Assembly (NCBI RefSeq): GCF_009914755.1
Contig: NC_060925.1
Source of the DNA: the human T2T-CHM13v2.0 reference genome, Homo sapiens
Length of the DNA: 64,000 nt
Strand: one strand, 5' to 3'
Shown here: in pieces, positions 12,831-26,305 of the stretch
Layout of the letters: every line of letters starts with the position of its first letter
Numbering within the stretch: the stretch's first letter is position 1
The notes under the pieces: model-generated
The model's database searches: none
Told to the model about the DNA's origin: nothing
Seen by the model: only the letters and a program-made list of their open reading frames with translations
Position numbers and translations under genes: made by a program

Positions 12831-14569
12831 AAAAGCCCTACTCTACAGGAGGTTCCCCTACTACAATAAGAAAAAGATGATTACCCTACTGAACAAAGGC
12901 TATGAATTGGCAATTCAGAAACAAAAAAAAAGAAAAATAACCAAAGATATTGATTGTTCATAATGATTTTAAAATATTAAAATTAATGACAGATACATAT
13001 TTCTGTCATAAGAAATATTTCATAAGAAGGTAACTGGACAAAGGCACTAAGGTTTATAGATAAGTCTGCTCATTTTAGCATTGTTTATAATAGCTAAAAA
13101 ATTTGAAAAATTTAAGTGTCTATCATAGAAGATTAGTTAAATTATCTTACAGGCATGTAATGGAGAAGACTGCAGTCTTTTTTTTTTTTTTAGTGAGGCA
13201 AATCTATTTTTACTTAGATGGCAAGATGTCCACGGTCATAGTGGTAAGTATAGAGAGGAGGAGGAGTTAGACAATAGTGTATGTTATCTGAATTTATTTA
13301 TAGAACTATGTATTTTAACATATATGCTTGACATTCTGCAAGGATATGAACTAAACAGTTAAAAGTAGTTATTTCTTAGGCAGGATTATGGGGTGACCCT
13401 TTCACTTTCTACTTTAGATACTTCAGTATGAACTTTTTCTACAACCATATATTGCTTTTATAATCAGGAAACTCAATAAAGAGATTTCTATTAACAAAAG
13501 AAGAAGAAAAAGAATGTTTTGAAGAATGTGGGACTTAGCATCTCTGTGAGTGAAAAGAGGCCACCATTGTCATTAGGAGCTAATTACTTTGCCTCTGCCT
13601 TCTCTGTGTCATCCTTATTGCTTCTCTATCTCTTCTAATACTTATTTCAGCTTCCCCACCCCCAGCTATGGCAAATAGCTACCACAGGACAGATACATCA
13701 GATGCAATTTTCACAGTTGTGACTCTTCAAACCATCCCAGTTCAGGATGTAGCACTCTGCAGGGCTGATTTCAGTTTCATATGTGCTGCCTTTTAATTTG
13801 GAAAGAGCAAAGTCTGAGAAAAATATAAACCAGCGTTAAGGATTTAGGGTGATAGTTGTACACTTAAACAGGTAATCAGCTGAGAGATCCTTCCCTTAAT
13901 GAACTTACCAATACTGGAAATAAAACCACTATCAACTCTAAGAGCTCAGTTGCTAAAATATGTCAAAATTCTAATCACAGGCACAGCAGTCTTGATGTGG
14001 AATATGGATAAGATGGTAGAAAACTAGCTGTTTGGGCACTGTGTTGGTATCCCTAAAATGTTTGGGATTCCAGCAAACCTGTAGAGCACCTAAAAGGCAT
14101 ACGTAGCATGCCCTAGTGGCCATTTCATTCCTATTCAACCTCCAGCTCAGATCTCTAAGTCCACATGTTTCTGATTCATTGACAGTTCATTGTAATCATT
14201 TTTCCAAGAGCCATTGAAATTCAAGAAATCTTTACTTTTAAAAGCACACTTTTGAGGGAAGCTGTTCAATCCTAAACTAATATGAAAAGCTCTTAAGATT
14301 TAAGTCAGCGCATAGGTCCAAACCACTAATTTTTCAATAAGCTTCATTCTTGGCAAATGATGGTCAGCCTCCCTCTCCAAGCTCGTGCAGTTTAGCCCTG
14401 AGGTTTGGGAACGCTGGCAGAGAGATTGAAGGAAAGAATGTTATGAGTTGTTTCTGGCCAGGGCTCCGAAATACTTCTTAGAAAAGGCGCAAACTACCCC
14501 TGAGCATTACCTTCTCCCCACTACTTTGTTCTCAAAACCAATTTTTATCTTTAATATTATCTCCCACAG

Positions 14570-14714
14570 GTTGGAATCGGGAGGTAGTAATCCTACAACC
14601 AGTGATTCTTACGGTGACCGGGCTTCAGCAAGAGCCCGTCGGGAGGCCCGGGAGGCCCGCCTAGCCACCCTGACCAGCCGTGTAGAAGAAGACAGCAACA
14701 GAGATTATAAAAAA
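14570..14714 (+). CDS. PPP1R12B: PPP1R12B (MYPT2) coding exon, (R)LESGGSNPTT...EEDSNRDYKK
   Basis: ctcccacag|G acceptor and AAA|gtaggg donor; 145 nt; lies inside ORF 14448..14750; DYKK starts the MYPT-family coiled coil. Confidence 0.95.
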
Positions 14715-14910
14715 GTAGGGTCTTTATTCAATTTTCCGGTTCTTTGGTGACATGTAAACCTCTCAGCCTTCCTCCACCACACCCAGAAAAATTACCATAG
14801 CTCTGAATAAGCAGAAGAAAAGGCACTTAAGTAATAATAATTCCTTGCAGTTTTCTGGGTTTACTTCACCTCTCCAAAAAACTAGATAAAGACCCCTTCA
14901 GATATTGAGG

Positions 14911-15209
14911 TGTTTTGTTTTGTTTTTTGAGACAAGGTCTCATTGTTACCCAGGCTAAAGCGCAGTGGTGCAATCATAGGTAACTTCCCTCTCAAACTCC
15001 TGGGTTCATAGGGTCCTCCTGCCACAGCCTCCCACATAGCTAGAACTATAGCCATGCACCACCACACACGGCTACATTTTTTATTTTTTATGGAGATTGG
15101 ATCTCACTATATTGCCCAGGCTGGTCTTGAATTCCTGGCCACAAGCAATCTTCCCACCTCAGCCTCCCAAAGTGCTGGGATTACAGACGTGAGCCACCAT
15201 GCCCAGCCA
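14911..15209 (-). mobile_element. Alu (AluJ-like)
   Basis: Antisense dimer. Confidence 0.88.
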
Positions 15210-15399
15210 TATGTTGCTTTTAGTGCAGTAAGTGTATAGTTAGAATCAGGTATTTAGAAGTGTAGGGAAAAGTAAGAAATTAAGAATATAAAAAGGGTGA
15301 AAAACCTAATGCTGTCTCTCTGAGCCCCTGAGAATCATTTGGTAGACTGTTATTTTTAACAAACATGTGCTTCTAATAAGGTCCTGTGAATATCAACTA

Positions 15400-15860
<461 letters not shown>

Positions 15861-16234
15861 TAAAGAGTGCTTGTTCTGTTAATGTTTTGTTAAGCAGAAC
15901 TTGACTAAAATCAATATACACAGTAGACTGGTTCCAAAAAAAAATTGTCTTTTTCATTGCTCTTTTAAGCAATGAAAATGTCCCATAGTAATGACTGTTT
16001 TTCCCCCAGAGATTAACATTATTGAAGTTGGAGCATCATCATTCTCTTTCTGTTCATCACTTTGAAAAAGCAAGAGACCAGTTGGCTGAATGTACTCTGC
16101 TCCCTACCCTTCCTTCATTTTCTCTCTCTACCATATAGTGGTGGCTTGGGGCACAGAGCCCTGGGCATTCTCATGTGATGAAATGGTGTGAGTTCTAACG
16201 CGAACGCTGATCCTCTTTTTTCCCTCTCCTCTAG

Positions 16235-16339
16235 CTCTATGAGAGTGCTCTGACTGAAAACCAAAAACTGAAAACAAAACTTCAGGAAGCCCAGCTAGAG
16301 CTAGCAGATATAAAGTCCAAGCTTGAGAAGGTGGCCCAG
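16235..16339 (+). CDS. PPP1R12B: PPP1R12B coding exon LYESALTENQKLKTKLQEAQLELADIKSKLEKVAQ (coiled coil)
   Basis: tccctctcctctag|CTC and CAG|gtaaga; 105 nt, phase 0/0; heptad leucines. Confidence 0.95.
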
Positions 16340-19300
16340 GTAAGACGGAAGAAGAAGAAAAAAGATGAGAACCAAGGGTTGATGTAAGGAAGCAAACTAG
16401 ACTAGGGATCTAAGGGACAGGAAGTAAGATAGAGTCAAGATCAGGCCTTCTCGGGGCAATGAGATAGAAGCTTCTTAGATTCTAATTTATTTTAGGTTTC
16501 AATCAGTGTTTAACTTAAAAAGGAAAACTGATAATTCAGTGAATAATTCCTGATGGTCTGAATGCTAATAATTAATACTATGGCTCATCATCTACTTATT
16601 TATTAGTAGAAAAGCATAAACCAGCACTACAAAGCTAGTCCTAGACAGTTCCTCTTGTCCTGTTCATTATGTTTCAGTTCAGTTTATCTACACTTCACCT
16701 CTTGGAGAGAGATAAGCAAGACCCTATTAAACCTAGGGCAGAGAGATAACAAATTAAGCCTAGAGAAGTAAATGGTTTGCTTAGGCCATATAACAAATCA
16801 AGGGCAAAGGTGGTGCCACAACATAGGGTTAAGTCCCAAAGCAAAGATTCTGTAGCATATGTTATCTCCCCAAGCCACCACTCTTTTTCAGCCTACAAAT
16901 AAGGAATATTAGTGGCAGAAAGACTGATAAACTATTTCCTCTCACTGCCAGGTTTGATTTAATTAGATGATGCTTTAGAGGATGCTGGAGGTAATAACCT
17001 TGTCACCAGTGAAACAAACTCCGCAGCTGAAAGCTAAAGCAAGCACTGCTTTCGGTTATTGCTGAGTTATCAGGAAACCTATTGAGTTATTTCCCTCCTA
17101 GAATGCCTGGGGACTTAGAATTTCGAAAGCTGAACTGAAGTAAAAATGATTCTTTAGCAGGAAGGCTTGAAATGAAAACCAGAGGTGGCTAGTCATTCTG
17201 GCAATATGACTGGCTATCCAAAAGCAAAGACTAAAATGCTAGGGTTGTACAGTACCAAATACATGGAGTTTGGAGGGCAGGGGTGTTGATTACCCTCTAA
17301 ACATCCTATTCTAACCCCTCTGGAATTGCATGAGCAGGAGGGTGCCAACACTTGGAAGACAGCCCCACAGAGCTGCGTAGGACTCCAGCAAGACAGCCAG
17401 GACACTCACTTTCTGGAGAAGGGCTTACCCAGGTGTAAAATGTGAACTGCCTGTCAGTTTAGAAGAGCCACCCCCTTTTTCCTGATTATAGTAGCCCAAC
17501 ATGGCTCTACTGGAAATTTCTGAGACTTACTGCAACACAAATAGATAATAACTAGGCTTAAAGTGATTTTGTGGAATAAGAAAAGTAGGTTTCTAAATCT
17601 AAAAGAGAAAAATACACACATAGCTATAGCCCTGCCATAAGGCAGCGGGGTGGACTGAATAAATCTCACTCCAACATTATTGAGCCAGGCAAAAAAAAAA
17701 AAAAGTCTCATTCACAGTAGACCCTCAAAAGAAATCTGGGGCTAATTTTTATTCTGAATGGCGCCACATATTGGCAGTGGTTTATAAATACAGATCTTAT
17801 GCTGGTTCTTGTCAGTTATTACTAGGATTGTTTTACAGAAAATTAAAGAGCAGTCATGTGAGGAACCACAGGAAGAGCAGTTTCACCTGCTCCCCACTCT
17901 TCTCAGCGGAAGCTTCTGACAGCATATGTCTTGACCTTTAGGGGTTCTCAGCATTTCCACCAGCCCATGCCTTAGAACAGTGAGCAGTCTAACAAGCTGC
18001 TGACATTGACTTGCACAGAGGGCACTGAAAATAAAATCAGCCTTTCCAGTTGCTGGGGAAAAGCATTTACTCTCTGGCCCACTGCTTTGCTGGGTGTGTC
18101 AAAATATACTTAGTTTTGCCAAATACAAGTTATTGAAATTCATAAGAAATGGTGCTGCTACAAACCAAGTCTCTGCCATTTACCAAAAATGGAGTTGTTT
18201 GGCAGGACAGTGGAGGGAGGGCTTCTCAGCCTCACACATTTGTATGGAGACAGTTACCACATGAACATACACAATATTTTTACATAAAAGATCCACCCCA
18301 ACTCTAAGGGAGTCAACATTAAAAACAGAACAAACAAAAAACTAGTTCTTTGTGTATATAAACCTTGAAAATCATGAAATCATCACAACTTCTACAGCTC
18401 CTCAGGCTTAGGAAAGAAAGACTTACGAGGATATTAACAAGCTGTAGGATCTATTTTTGCGTTTTTTTCTCTTCCTTCTGCTTCATAGTAGATGCAGCAT
18501 AAAGGCAGACAGCCATGCCCTTCCAAACAGAAGGTGAAAGCCCAGGACAGGAGCCAGAATTCTGAGTTTTATTGTTAGTTCTGGCCATTCCTTAATTTTT
18601 TTTTTAAAAAAAGAAACTGCTGCAAGAAGACCAGCATAATTTCTATATTTATTTAAATGTTGTCTCTGCATGACACTAAGCAAAATAAAAATAATCACCC
18701 AGCAGTTATTAAATGTCTACTGAATGTAAGAAATTCTGCTGAGTTCTATGACCCTAAGGCCAAAAGGGACTTAAGGGTTTTTTATTCCCCTTTTAAGGAA
18801 GGGTCATTATCTGAGGTTATTCTGTTTTTTTTGCCGTGAGGCTAAGTCTTTTCAGCCCCTCTGCAAAATTTAAGTCAAAGATGATCTAAAATAAACATTC
18901 TAAATCTTTTATTCAAATAAAATTACCTTATCTGGAAGCCCAATATATAAGACAGATGAAAGTGGACTACCTCTGTTCAAAGCAGGGCAGATGCCATGAA
19001 TGGACTCCTAAGAACCCCTTAAAGCCCACCCACATATGAAAACTGCTGCTCTAAAAGAAAAATGGTATCAATTCCCAAAACAGAAAGAATAGGGGAAAGG
19101 GGATTATTTAGACAAGTGCCATTGGCCTTAGACATTCTCGCTCAGGAGTTGCCAGCCTTTTAAAGAAAAGCCTTTTTTTTTTTTTTTGTTATTTCCTCTG
19201 GGTTGTGATATTACTCATAGAATGAAGAGAGGAGAAGAATGGTGAGATGTAAAATTGTAATTAGCATTGAAGACCTGTGGAGAGAGAGAGAGAGAGAGAG

Positions 19301-19570
19301 ATTGTGTGTTGTAAGTAATTTCTTTGTAATTTCAGGGAATACTACTACTGCCTTCCCCTCCCCAGAGGGAATCCTGCAAACTTCAGAGAGGTGATAATGT
19401 TAGGCTTAGAGATCTATCAGAACCTGTTTGCTGGGGATCCCTGCTATAGGGGAAGTCCAAAGTTTTACTGTTTATTTCTAGATGTCTAGTAGTGAAGCTG
19501 AACTAGACTGGGTGTTCTACTGGCCCTTAGACAACTTAAATAACAACTGTTTTCCTTCCATTTGCACCAG

Positions 19571-19624
19571 CAGAAACAAGAAAAGACCTCTGACCGATCA
19601 TCAGTGCTGGAGATGGAGAAACGG
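19571..19624 (+). CDS. PPP1R12B: PPP1R12B coding exon QKQEKTSDRSSVLEMEKR
   Basis: ttgcaccag|CAG acceptor (NAGNAG) and CGG|gtatgc donor; 54 nt. Confidence 0.93.
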
Positions 19625-19959
19625 GTATGCGCATGTCTGTTTCCCCCTCCACCCCATTTCATCTCTTCTTTCTGACTCTCTCCCACTTTGTTATTCATGC
19701 CAATGGAAAAAGTCCATCTTAAGAAGGAGGGAGTTCTGCCACATTCCATTCCCAGCTTGATGATAAATTCTTTTTGTCTGACTCTAGGCAGTAATTTGAT
19801 TGCTAGTCCTTTTGATTTCCTCAGATGGTCAGTACTTTCCACATATTTAGTCTTAGGGTGGGAAGGGTCCTTGGAAGGTCATCTCGTACATTGTTCTGAC
19901 TGTGGGCAGAACTGCATACACACACAACCCATAACATTTTGGTTTACTGTAAATCATTG

Positions 19960-19962
<3 letters not shown>

Positions 19963-19990
<28 letters not shown>
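19963..19990. repeat. (AC)14 microsatellite; a (GA)n run also lies at ~19280-19301
   Basis: Read directly from the sequence. Confidence 0.95.
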
Positions 19991-19992
<2 letters not shown>

Positions 19993-20939
19993 CCAAGGTC
20001 TCTTTACCGTTTTCATAACCTTGAACAGAAAGGAAGCTTTCAGTGGGACCCTCTGCCATTTAGGTCTTACGACTTGAAACATGAGCCAACACAGTCTTTC
20101 ACTTATTTTGACTGAGGGGAGGATTTCTGGTTCAATTGCTGATCTCCTCCCAACTGTACTCAGAATATTATTCTGGGATTTTACATTCTTGGATTGGGAA
20201 AATTCAATTAGATTTATTGATGGACCCTAGCTTTGATTTGGCCCTGGAGATATAATATGTTCCCATCTGTCCTGTTGTTGTCTGTTTAATTTGGAAAGCA
20301 GCTAAGTTTTACATTTTATTCCTTTGGCCTGTAACCAAACTTCCTTGGTATCCCATCTGATCAAAAACTCCTCATTGGGTTTAGGCTAAACCAAGAGTCA
20401 GTTGCTGGGAAAGAGAAATGGAACGGGAGAGAAGCAACTACAGGGGGAGGGAAGAAACTAGGGGGAGAGATGCTGTTTCTTAGACAATGATGTCTACTTC
20501 CCGGCTCACCATCTGCTCCTCATCATGAGAGAAGCAGTTTCCTAGGAATTTAGGGAGAGCATTACTGAAGATAATGATGCCTTTTTGATAATAGAGAGCA
20601 AGGGCCCTAGTCACTTGCAGACATTTGAAATTCTATGAAATCTTCAACCTGCACAGAGTAACTGAATGTCTTCTTCTGTTTGCATATTAGCAAGTTGCTT
20701 CTCCATATATCTACTGATTTTATGATAGGAGATTTAGATAATGTGATTTTTATCAGTGAGGTAGCTCCATCTTACAAGTGGCAGGATCAGATAGTGCTCA
20801 GATCTCCTGAGTAAGGTTTGCCTGAGTCAGCAGACAAACCTTTGACCGTGAATCTGCTGATCACACAGCAGCTGGGAGGCAGCATTTTTACTCCCTTCTG
20901 AATTCAATAATGTTCAACAGTCTCATTGTTCCGAAACAG

Positions 20940-20990
20940 GAGAGGCGAGCCTTGGAGCGCAAAATGTCAGAAATGGAGGAAGAAATGAAG
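20940..20990 (+). CDS. PPP1R12B: PPP1R12B coding exon ERRALERKMSEMEEEMK
   Basis: ccgaaacag|GAG and AAG|gtatga; 51 nt; conserved MYPT ERRALER motif. Confidence 0.95.
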
Positions 20991-22487
20991 GTATGAAGAG
21001 ATTTTCTTTCTTTTTGTATGCCTGTTCTCTGAATGCCTGCCAAGACTGGATATTTGAGCATAGGCCTGCCCCCTCCAGATTTCACTACAAACTCAATATC
21101 TGCAAGAAGAAATGATGTGTAAAAAAGTGAGCATCTCTCCTCAGCCATTTCCTAGGCTCTCTCAGCTCACACAACATCCATTGAGGACACCTTAAAGGCA
21201 TTCTAGGAAAAAATACTGCCTTTGGTTTAAGGAGAGGTCTTGGCAGGCTTGAAACAAACTTGAGTTTAACTTTTAAGGCTTTTCAAGCAGTATCTTTGCC
21301 CTCTAGAGGGTAAATGAGAAGGCTAGAACAAGTTTTCCAGCTCTGGGAGCCTCCCATTGGGTGCCTGGGGAAGCCTGAGCATGGCCATAAGCTTTCTTCC
21401 CTGGTGCCCCTCCCAACCCATCCCTTTGCTGGCAAGAACACAGATTGAATCATTCTGCAGCAAAATAAAAATGTATTCACATATTGATTTCCTGCCCCAG
21501 TACATTAACTCTGAAATATTCAGGGATGCTTGGCACTCTCCCACTAGAATAAGCTCATGCCACCAGATACACTTCACAGCTCACTACTTTCCTTTCTCTC
21601 CTCACCATGACCTGCAGTGACCATCACCTCCATTAGCCACTTTAATGGACAGCTGCCATCCTGGGCAGTTTTGAGTGCTAAGAACTGGAAATCTACCCAA
21701 AGCAGTCAATTTGCTGCCATGGGAGGCAGTGGGGCAGGGGGAGGGGAGGAGGGTGAAAGGGGGAAGATGGATACAGAGCTGCAGGGAATATAGAGCTGGT
21801 CAGGGTAGCCACCTGGAGATTATTTTGAAACATCTGATTCCTGCAATGCATGATGACACATGCCCATAATCACTTAGCACCTACTCAGCTTTTTTCTTTC
21901 TTCAGGCATCTTATTTTACCAGATACATGATGCCAAGCATTCATTTGGTGAGACAGGGTTATTCAACTGGGAAGCCAAAGCACTGGGATAGTATTAGGCA
22001 GATCCCCAAATGTCTTTCTATGAGCAAGCATCCCTAATATGCAGTTTGGGAGAGACATTTATTGTTCCAGTGGCCTAAATAGATTGGTTATTTATTGAAA
22101 AAAAAAAAACTTTTTAAGACCTGTTGAGGTTATAGTTTACACCAGATCTGGTGCTCATAATCAATCCTGTTACTCTATAATTCCAGAATGAAGGAGAAAT
22201 GCTGAGCCTTGCCCTTGCATTTCCTACCACTATCCCAAGGCTGTAACTGTAACATTCACATAGAATTTTAAGCAATACCTGCTTATATCTCAAACATTTT
22301 AAATCTTCCAAGTTGATTCAAGCAGCAAGAAATAGAAATAATAAATAATTGATTCTCATGAGATGGTAGAACAGTATGCCCTAGCACCTAAACTTCTGCA
22401 TCTTGTGATTTTTTTCAAACGCACCTTACTACCACACAGAAGTATTCTCTCCCGCTTAGAGCAGTGAGTTATTAGAGATAACCAGTT

Positions 22488-22615
22488 CTTTTTTAATTTT
22501 TAAGAGATGGAGTCTCGCTATGTTGCCCTGGACTTGAACTCCTGGGCTCAAATAATCCTCCCATCTCATCCTCCCGAATAGCTGGGACTACAGGCACGTG
22601 CCGCCACACCCAGCT
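22488..22615 (-). mobile_element. Alu monomer (FLAM-like)
   Basis: gagatggagtctcgctatgttgcc..gctgggactacaggcacgtg. Confidence 0.8.
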
Positions 22616-23230
22616 GAGCTAACTGTTTCTTGATGAGTGCATATCCACAGCTCCTTGTTGCATGGAGGCTCCTCCATTTTTGAAACCTCCTGAGTTATAC
22701 CATCTGTACTCTGCTGTTAGGCAGCTGTCAGTGTTCCTTATTAAGAAATGTCCTAAATGCTGATCTAGAGCATGTAATTGAGGCAAAAGCTAGAACCTTT
22801 CAAGGAGTACCTGGGAGCCCAAAGCCAGCCTCCACTCACCAGTCATGGGGCTCTGTGTCACATCAAAGCAGGCCCACACACAAAAACCCAGAAAGTGGTC
22901 AAATTAGAGAAATTGAGGCCCTTTGTTATTTTTATTCCAATTCTAAATTTGGAATTATGGAAGCCCCTTCAGTGGTTCTAGTTGCCCTCAATTCTGTAGG
23001 TTGAGATAGGCTTACATTTTTTCTCTGTCTCTTTATGCTATCAGTCTATGATTTCCTAAACTAGATCATGAGTTCTTTCCTTTCCTCAAGAGATTATAAG
23101 ATACGAAAGTGTTTGCTCTCCCCAGCCATAAGCCATTTGCCAGCAACTCTAAAATCAATTGTAAATTATCAAGTGGAGCCAGATCATGAATGTTTAGTCC
23201 CTAAACCAATAGGTAAGCTGTTGTGAGGCT

Positions 23231-23551
23231 GTTTTTTGTTTTTTTTTTTCTCTTTGAGACGGAGCCTCACTCTGTAGCCCAAGCCTGAGTGCAGTGGCAC
23301 AATGTCGGCTTACTGCAACCTTTGCCTCTAGGCAGATTCAATCGCTCAAGCGATTCTCCTGCCTCAGCCTCCAAGGAGCTGGGACTAGTAGTGTGTGCCA
23401 CCACACCCAGTTAATTTTTTTGTATTTTTAGTAGAGACAGGGTTTCACCATGTTGCACCAGGTGGTCTCGAACTCCTGAGCTCAGGGGATCCACCCACCT
23501 CGGCCTCCCAAAGTGCTGTGATTACAGGTGTGAGCCATCGCGTCTGGCCAG
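23231..23551 (-). mobile_element. Alu (AluS-like)
   Basis: Antisense dimer with T tail. Confidence 0.9.
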
Positions 23552-26020
23552 GACTGATTTTTTTTTTAGTTAAAACATTCAGATTCAGTCAGGTGTCCAT
23601 TATTCTCCATTATCCATTACAAAGCCAAATGAAGAAGAAATGCCTGTAAACTCTAAAGCCCCTAAACACTATTTGCTCAAATCAAAGCCCAATGCCAGGT
23701 TTGCAGATCGTCCAGCACCCCCTAGAGGACTAAGGGAGAAGCATCTGTGCCTCTGCATTCTCACCAGTTTTATTTTTCTGTCTGTACCTACTTGAAGACA
23801 AAAACTTCAAAGATGCAAATATATAAATATGATAAAATTGGTATGACTGGCCCTAAAAGAGTCTAAGAAAATACTTGTTTAGCTCTCAAGCTCTTCATTC
23901 AGACTATGGTTTATGGTGACCAACATTGCTAGAGTGATTAATAGCTAAAATCTCTCTGTACTAGGCAGCCAAAGGTACAGGTGACTGTCTGGCTGAACTG
24001 GGACCCAGTAGAGCTTGGGGCCAGTTGGTCATGCTTGTTGCATATTCATTTTGTACAGATGCTCAAACCTCCTTGGAGCAATCAGTAGGGAACAGTAGAG
24101 GGGGCTGATCTCCAGTGAACCCTTAAAAATATAGTAGGTTACTCAAGGAAAGAAAGTGACTTCAGTCCTATTTTTCTAACTCTACCAAATAAAGTACAAA
24201 GGCCAGGTGAAATGGGGGAACCATGAGATGGGCTAACCCAGATGTATATGTGGCTCTGTGGTTATGAGATGTGTTGTGCCTTTCTGGACTTTTATTGGAA
24301 AGGTAAGTATTTATGAATTCTCCTCAAGAGAAACTCCACCCAGATCCTAGATTGGAGTAGGATTATATGCCAACTTCTGACAGGTGTGCATGTCAGTGTG
24401 AGCTGTGCCAGGCCTGCACCTGGTCTTGGCGCCCACATCAGATGTGATTACTTCTCTACTGCATCCTCCACTCAGCATCAGCCTCCTTGTCAGACCTTCT
24501 CCCCTTCCTTTCCTAGGTCCTTGCATGAGAGGGACCCAGCAACCAATTCCTTTTTAGATTGGTCCTGGAATTTTTATTTTTCTTTGGAAAGATTACTAGC
24601 TGACCCTGCTCCTTAGCCCTGCCCTTGCCCATCCTGCGCTGGGCCCTGCCCCTTCTCCTCTCCTCCTTGCCTTGCCTTGTTTTCAATACTGCTTCCTATA
24701 GAACATTGACCAGATTGTTTCCTGCCTCTCTCCCTCATGCTGATAACTTCCAAATTCTTTCACCTTGATCTGCTTATACTCACTTGTCAGATTGAGTCAC
24801 TTTCATCATTCATGTCTTTAATGTTATTCCCTGGGAGGTAAGTACCACTTCATACAATGACAATTATTTGATAATGATTATGTTGAAAGCTTTGGTCCAA
24901 TGTCAACACCAAAGAAGGGTGAGAGCCAGGGACTTTCCATTGGCTTTTAAATTTGGTCCCTGCCCATTGCTTTAATCTTTTCCATATGCTGTACCATGAT
25001 CTCCCTCCTCTATCCTCACCATGGCCAAGATGCTTACAGTGGGCAAGGAAGATTGCCCGGTCCTCACCCTCCAATGGCTACATGAGACAGTTTGGCTAGC
25101 CTACCTTTATTCCAAGGTGGTCATTCTTTCTCTTTGGTTAAAGAGATTCAGCAGTTTGTCTCTGCTTGTTTTTCCTTTTCACTGTTTTTCCCCTTCATGC
25201 TACCTTTCATTTTCTTGCTTCTTCACTCCCAAACAACTATAACTCCACTAATCTTTCATTTCTATCCTTCTCATCTTATAGATATGAGAGACTTTTCTCT
25301 GATACCTGGCCACCTTTTTGTAGTCATTATAACCCACAGGATTGTCCATCCTCATCTGTGAAACCCCATTTGCATAAAAAAATCATTATTCTCCTCCCAA
25401 AGAGTTGATGGTCTCAGTTTCGGGGCAGTGCAGATGACTACTTAGGAAGGACAGTAGCAGAGTCGGCAGGCCTTTGATATAATTCCAATTATTAAAGTCT
25501 TTAAATGTCTTATGGAATATGGGGTATCAGGAAGAATGTCTGTGGGCTGGTTATTCTGTTCCGCTTGCAACACTGACAGGCAGAAAGGGCTGGACTAGCA
25601 CATTGGTCCAGCTAGTTTCATTATCATTGGGCTTTTATGGTTTCTCCAGCTTTTTTGCACAGCTATAATTTCCAGAGTATGAGTCTGTTTATGAACACCT
25701 TTAAGCAGCTCCCAAACTGCTTGAACTGAGACAAAGAAAGCATGATTAGCTGTGAATTTAGTGATGCATATAATCTTATAGCAGGTCAGAGACAGGTTAG
25801 CAGTTTTTGGATCCTGAAACAATCTCTCTGGACTGCAGAGGAAAACTATCAGGGTTAATGAAGCTTCCTACAAAGCAGGTTAGAGGACGATCCAGAGAGC
25901 TGACAGTTCTTTCTTATTTTGGTATGTGTAACTTTAACCTTCTAAACAGTACATGCCCCACAAAAAAAAAAAAAAAAGCTTAAATAATAGGCCTCTCTTT
26001 TATTTTTTAAAAATAAATGA

Positions 26021-26305
26021 GGCCAAATGCAGTGGCCCACACCTGTAATCCCAGCACTTTGGGAGGCTAAGGCAGGAGGATTGCTTGACCTCAGGAATTT
26101 GAGACCAGCTTGGGCTACATAGCGAAATCCTGTCTCTACAAAAAATATAAAAATTATCCAGGTATGGTGGTGCATGCCTGTAGTCCCAGCTACTTTAGGA
26201 GGCTGAGGTGGGAAGATGGCTTAAGCCTGGGAGGCAGATGTTTCAGTTTTGTGCCACTGCACTCCAGCCAAGGTGACAGAGTCGGACCCTATCTCAGATA
26301 AATAA
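26021..26305 (+). mobile_element. Alu (AluJ-like)
   Basis: ggccaaatgcagtggcccacacctgtaatcccagcactttgggagg. Confidence 0.9.

Larger units (their letters stand above)
11700..13495 (+). mobile_element. Old, degenerate L1M 3' fragment hosting younger insertions
   Basis: Degenerate ORF2 and 3'UTR motifs (gggaaaaaatatttgc, gcattgtttataatagc, ttttataatcagg). Confidence 0.55.

Noticed and set aside
14715-14750. ORF 14448..14750 read as a single-exon gene
   Set aside because: Only 14570-14714 is exonic; the flanks are read-through into introns.
17730-17800. CArG/MEF2-like AT-rich motifs (CCACATATTGG, CTAATTTTTA, TTATAAATAC)
   Set aside because: None matches CC(A/T)6GG or YTA(A/T)4TAR exactly; cannot be supported without conservation data.
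20937-20942. CAGGAG as an alternative NAGNAG acceptor
   Set aside because: GAG is a very poor 3' splice site, so the proximal CAG should dominate.
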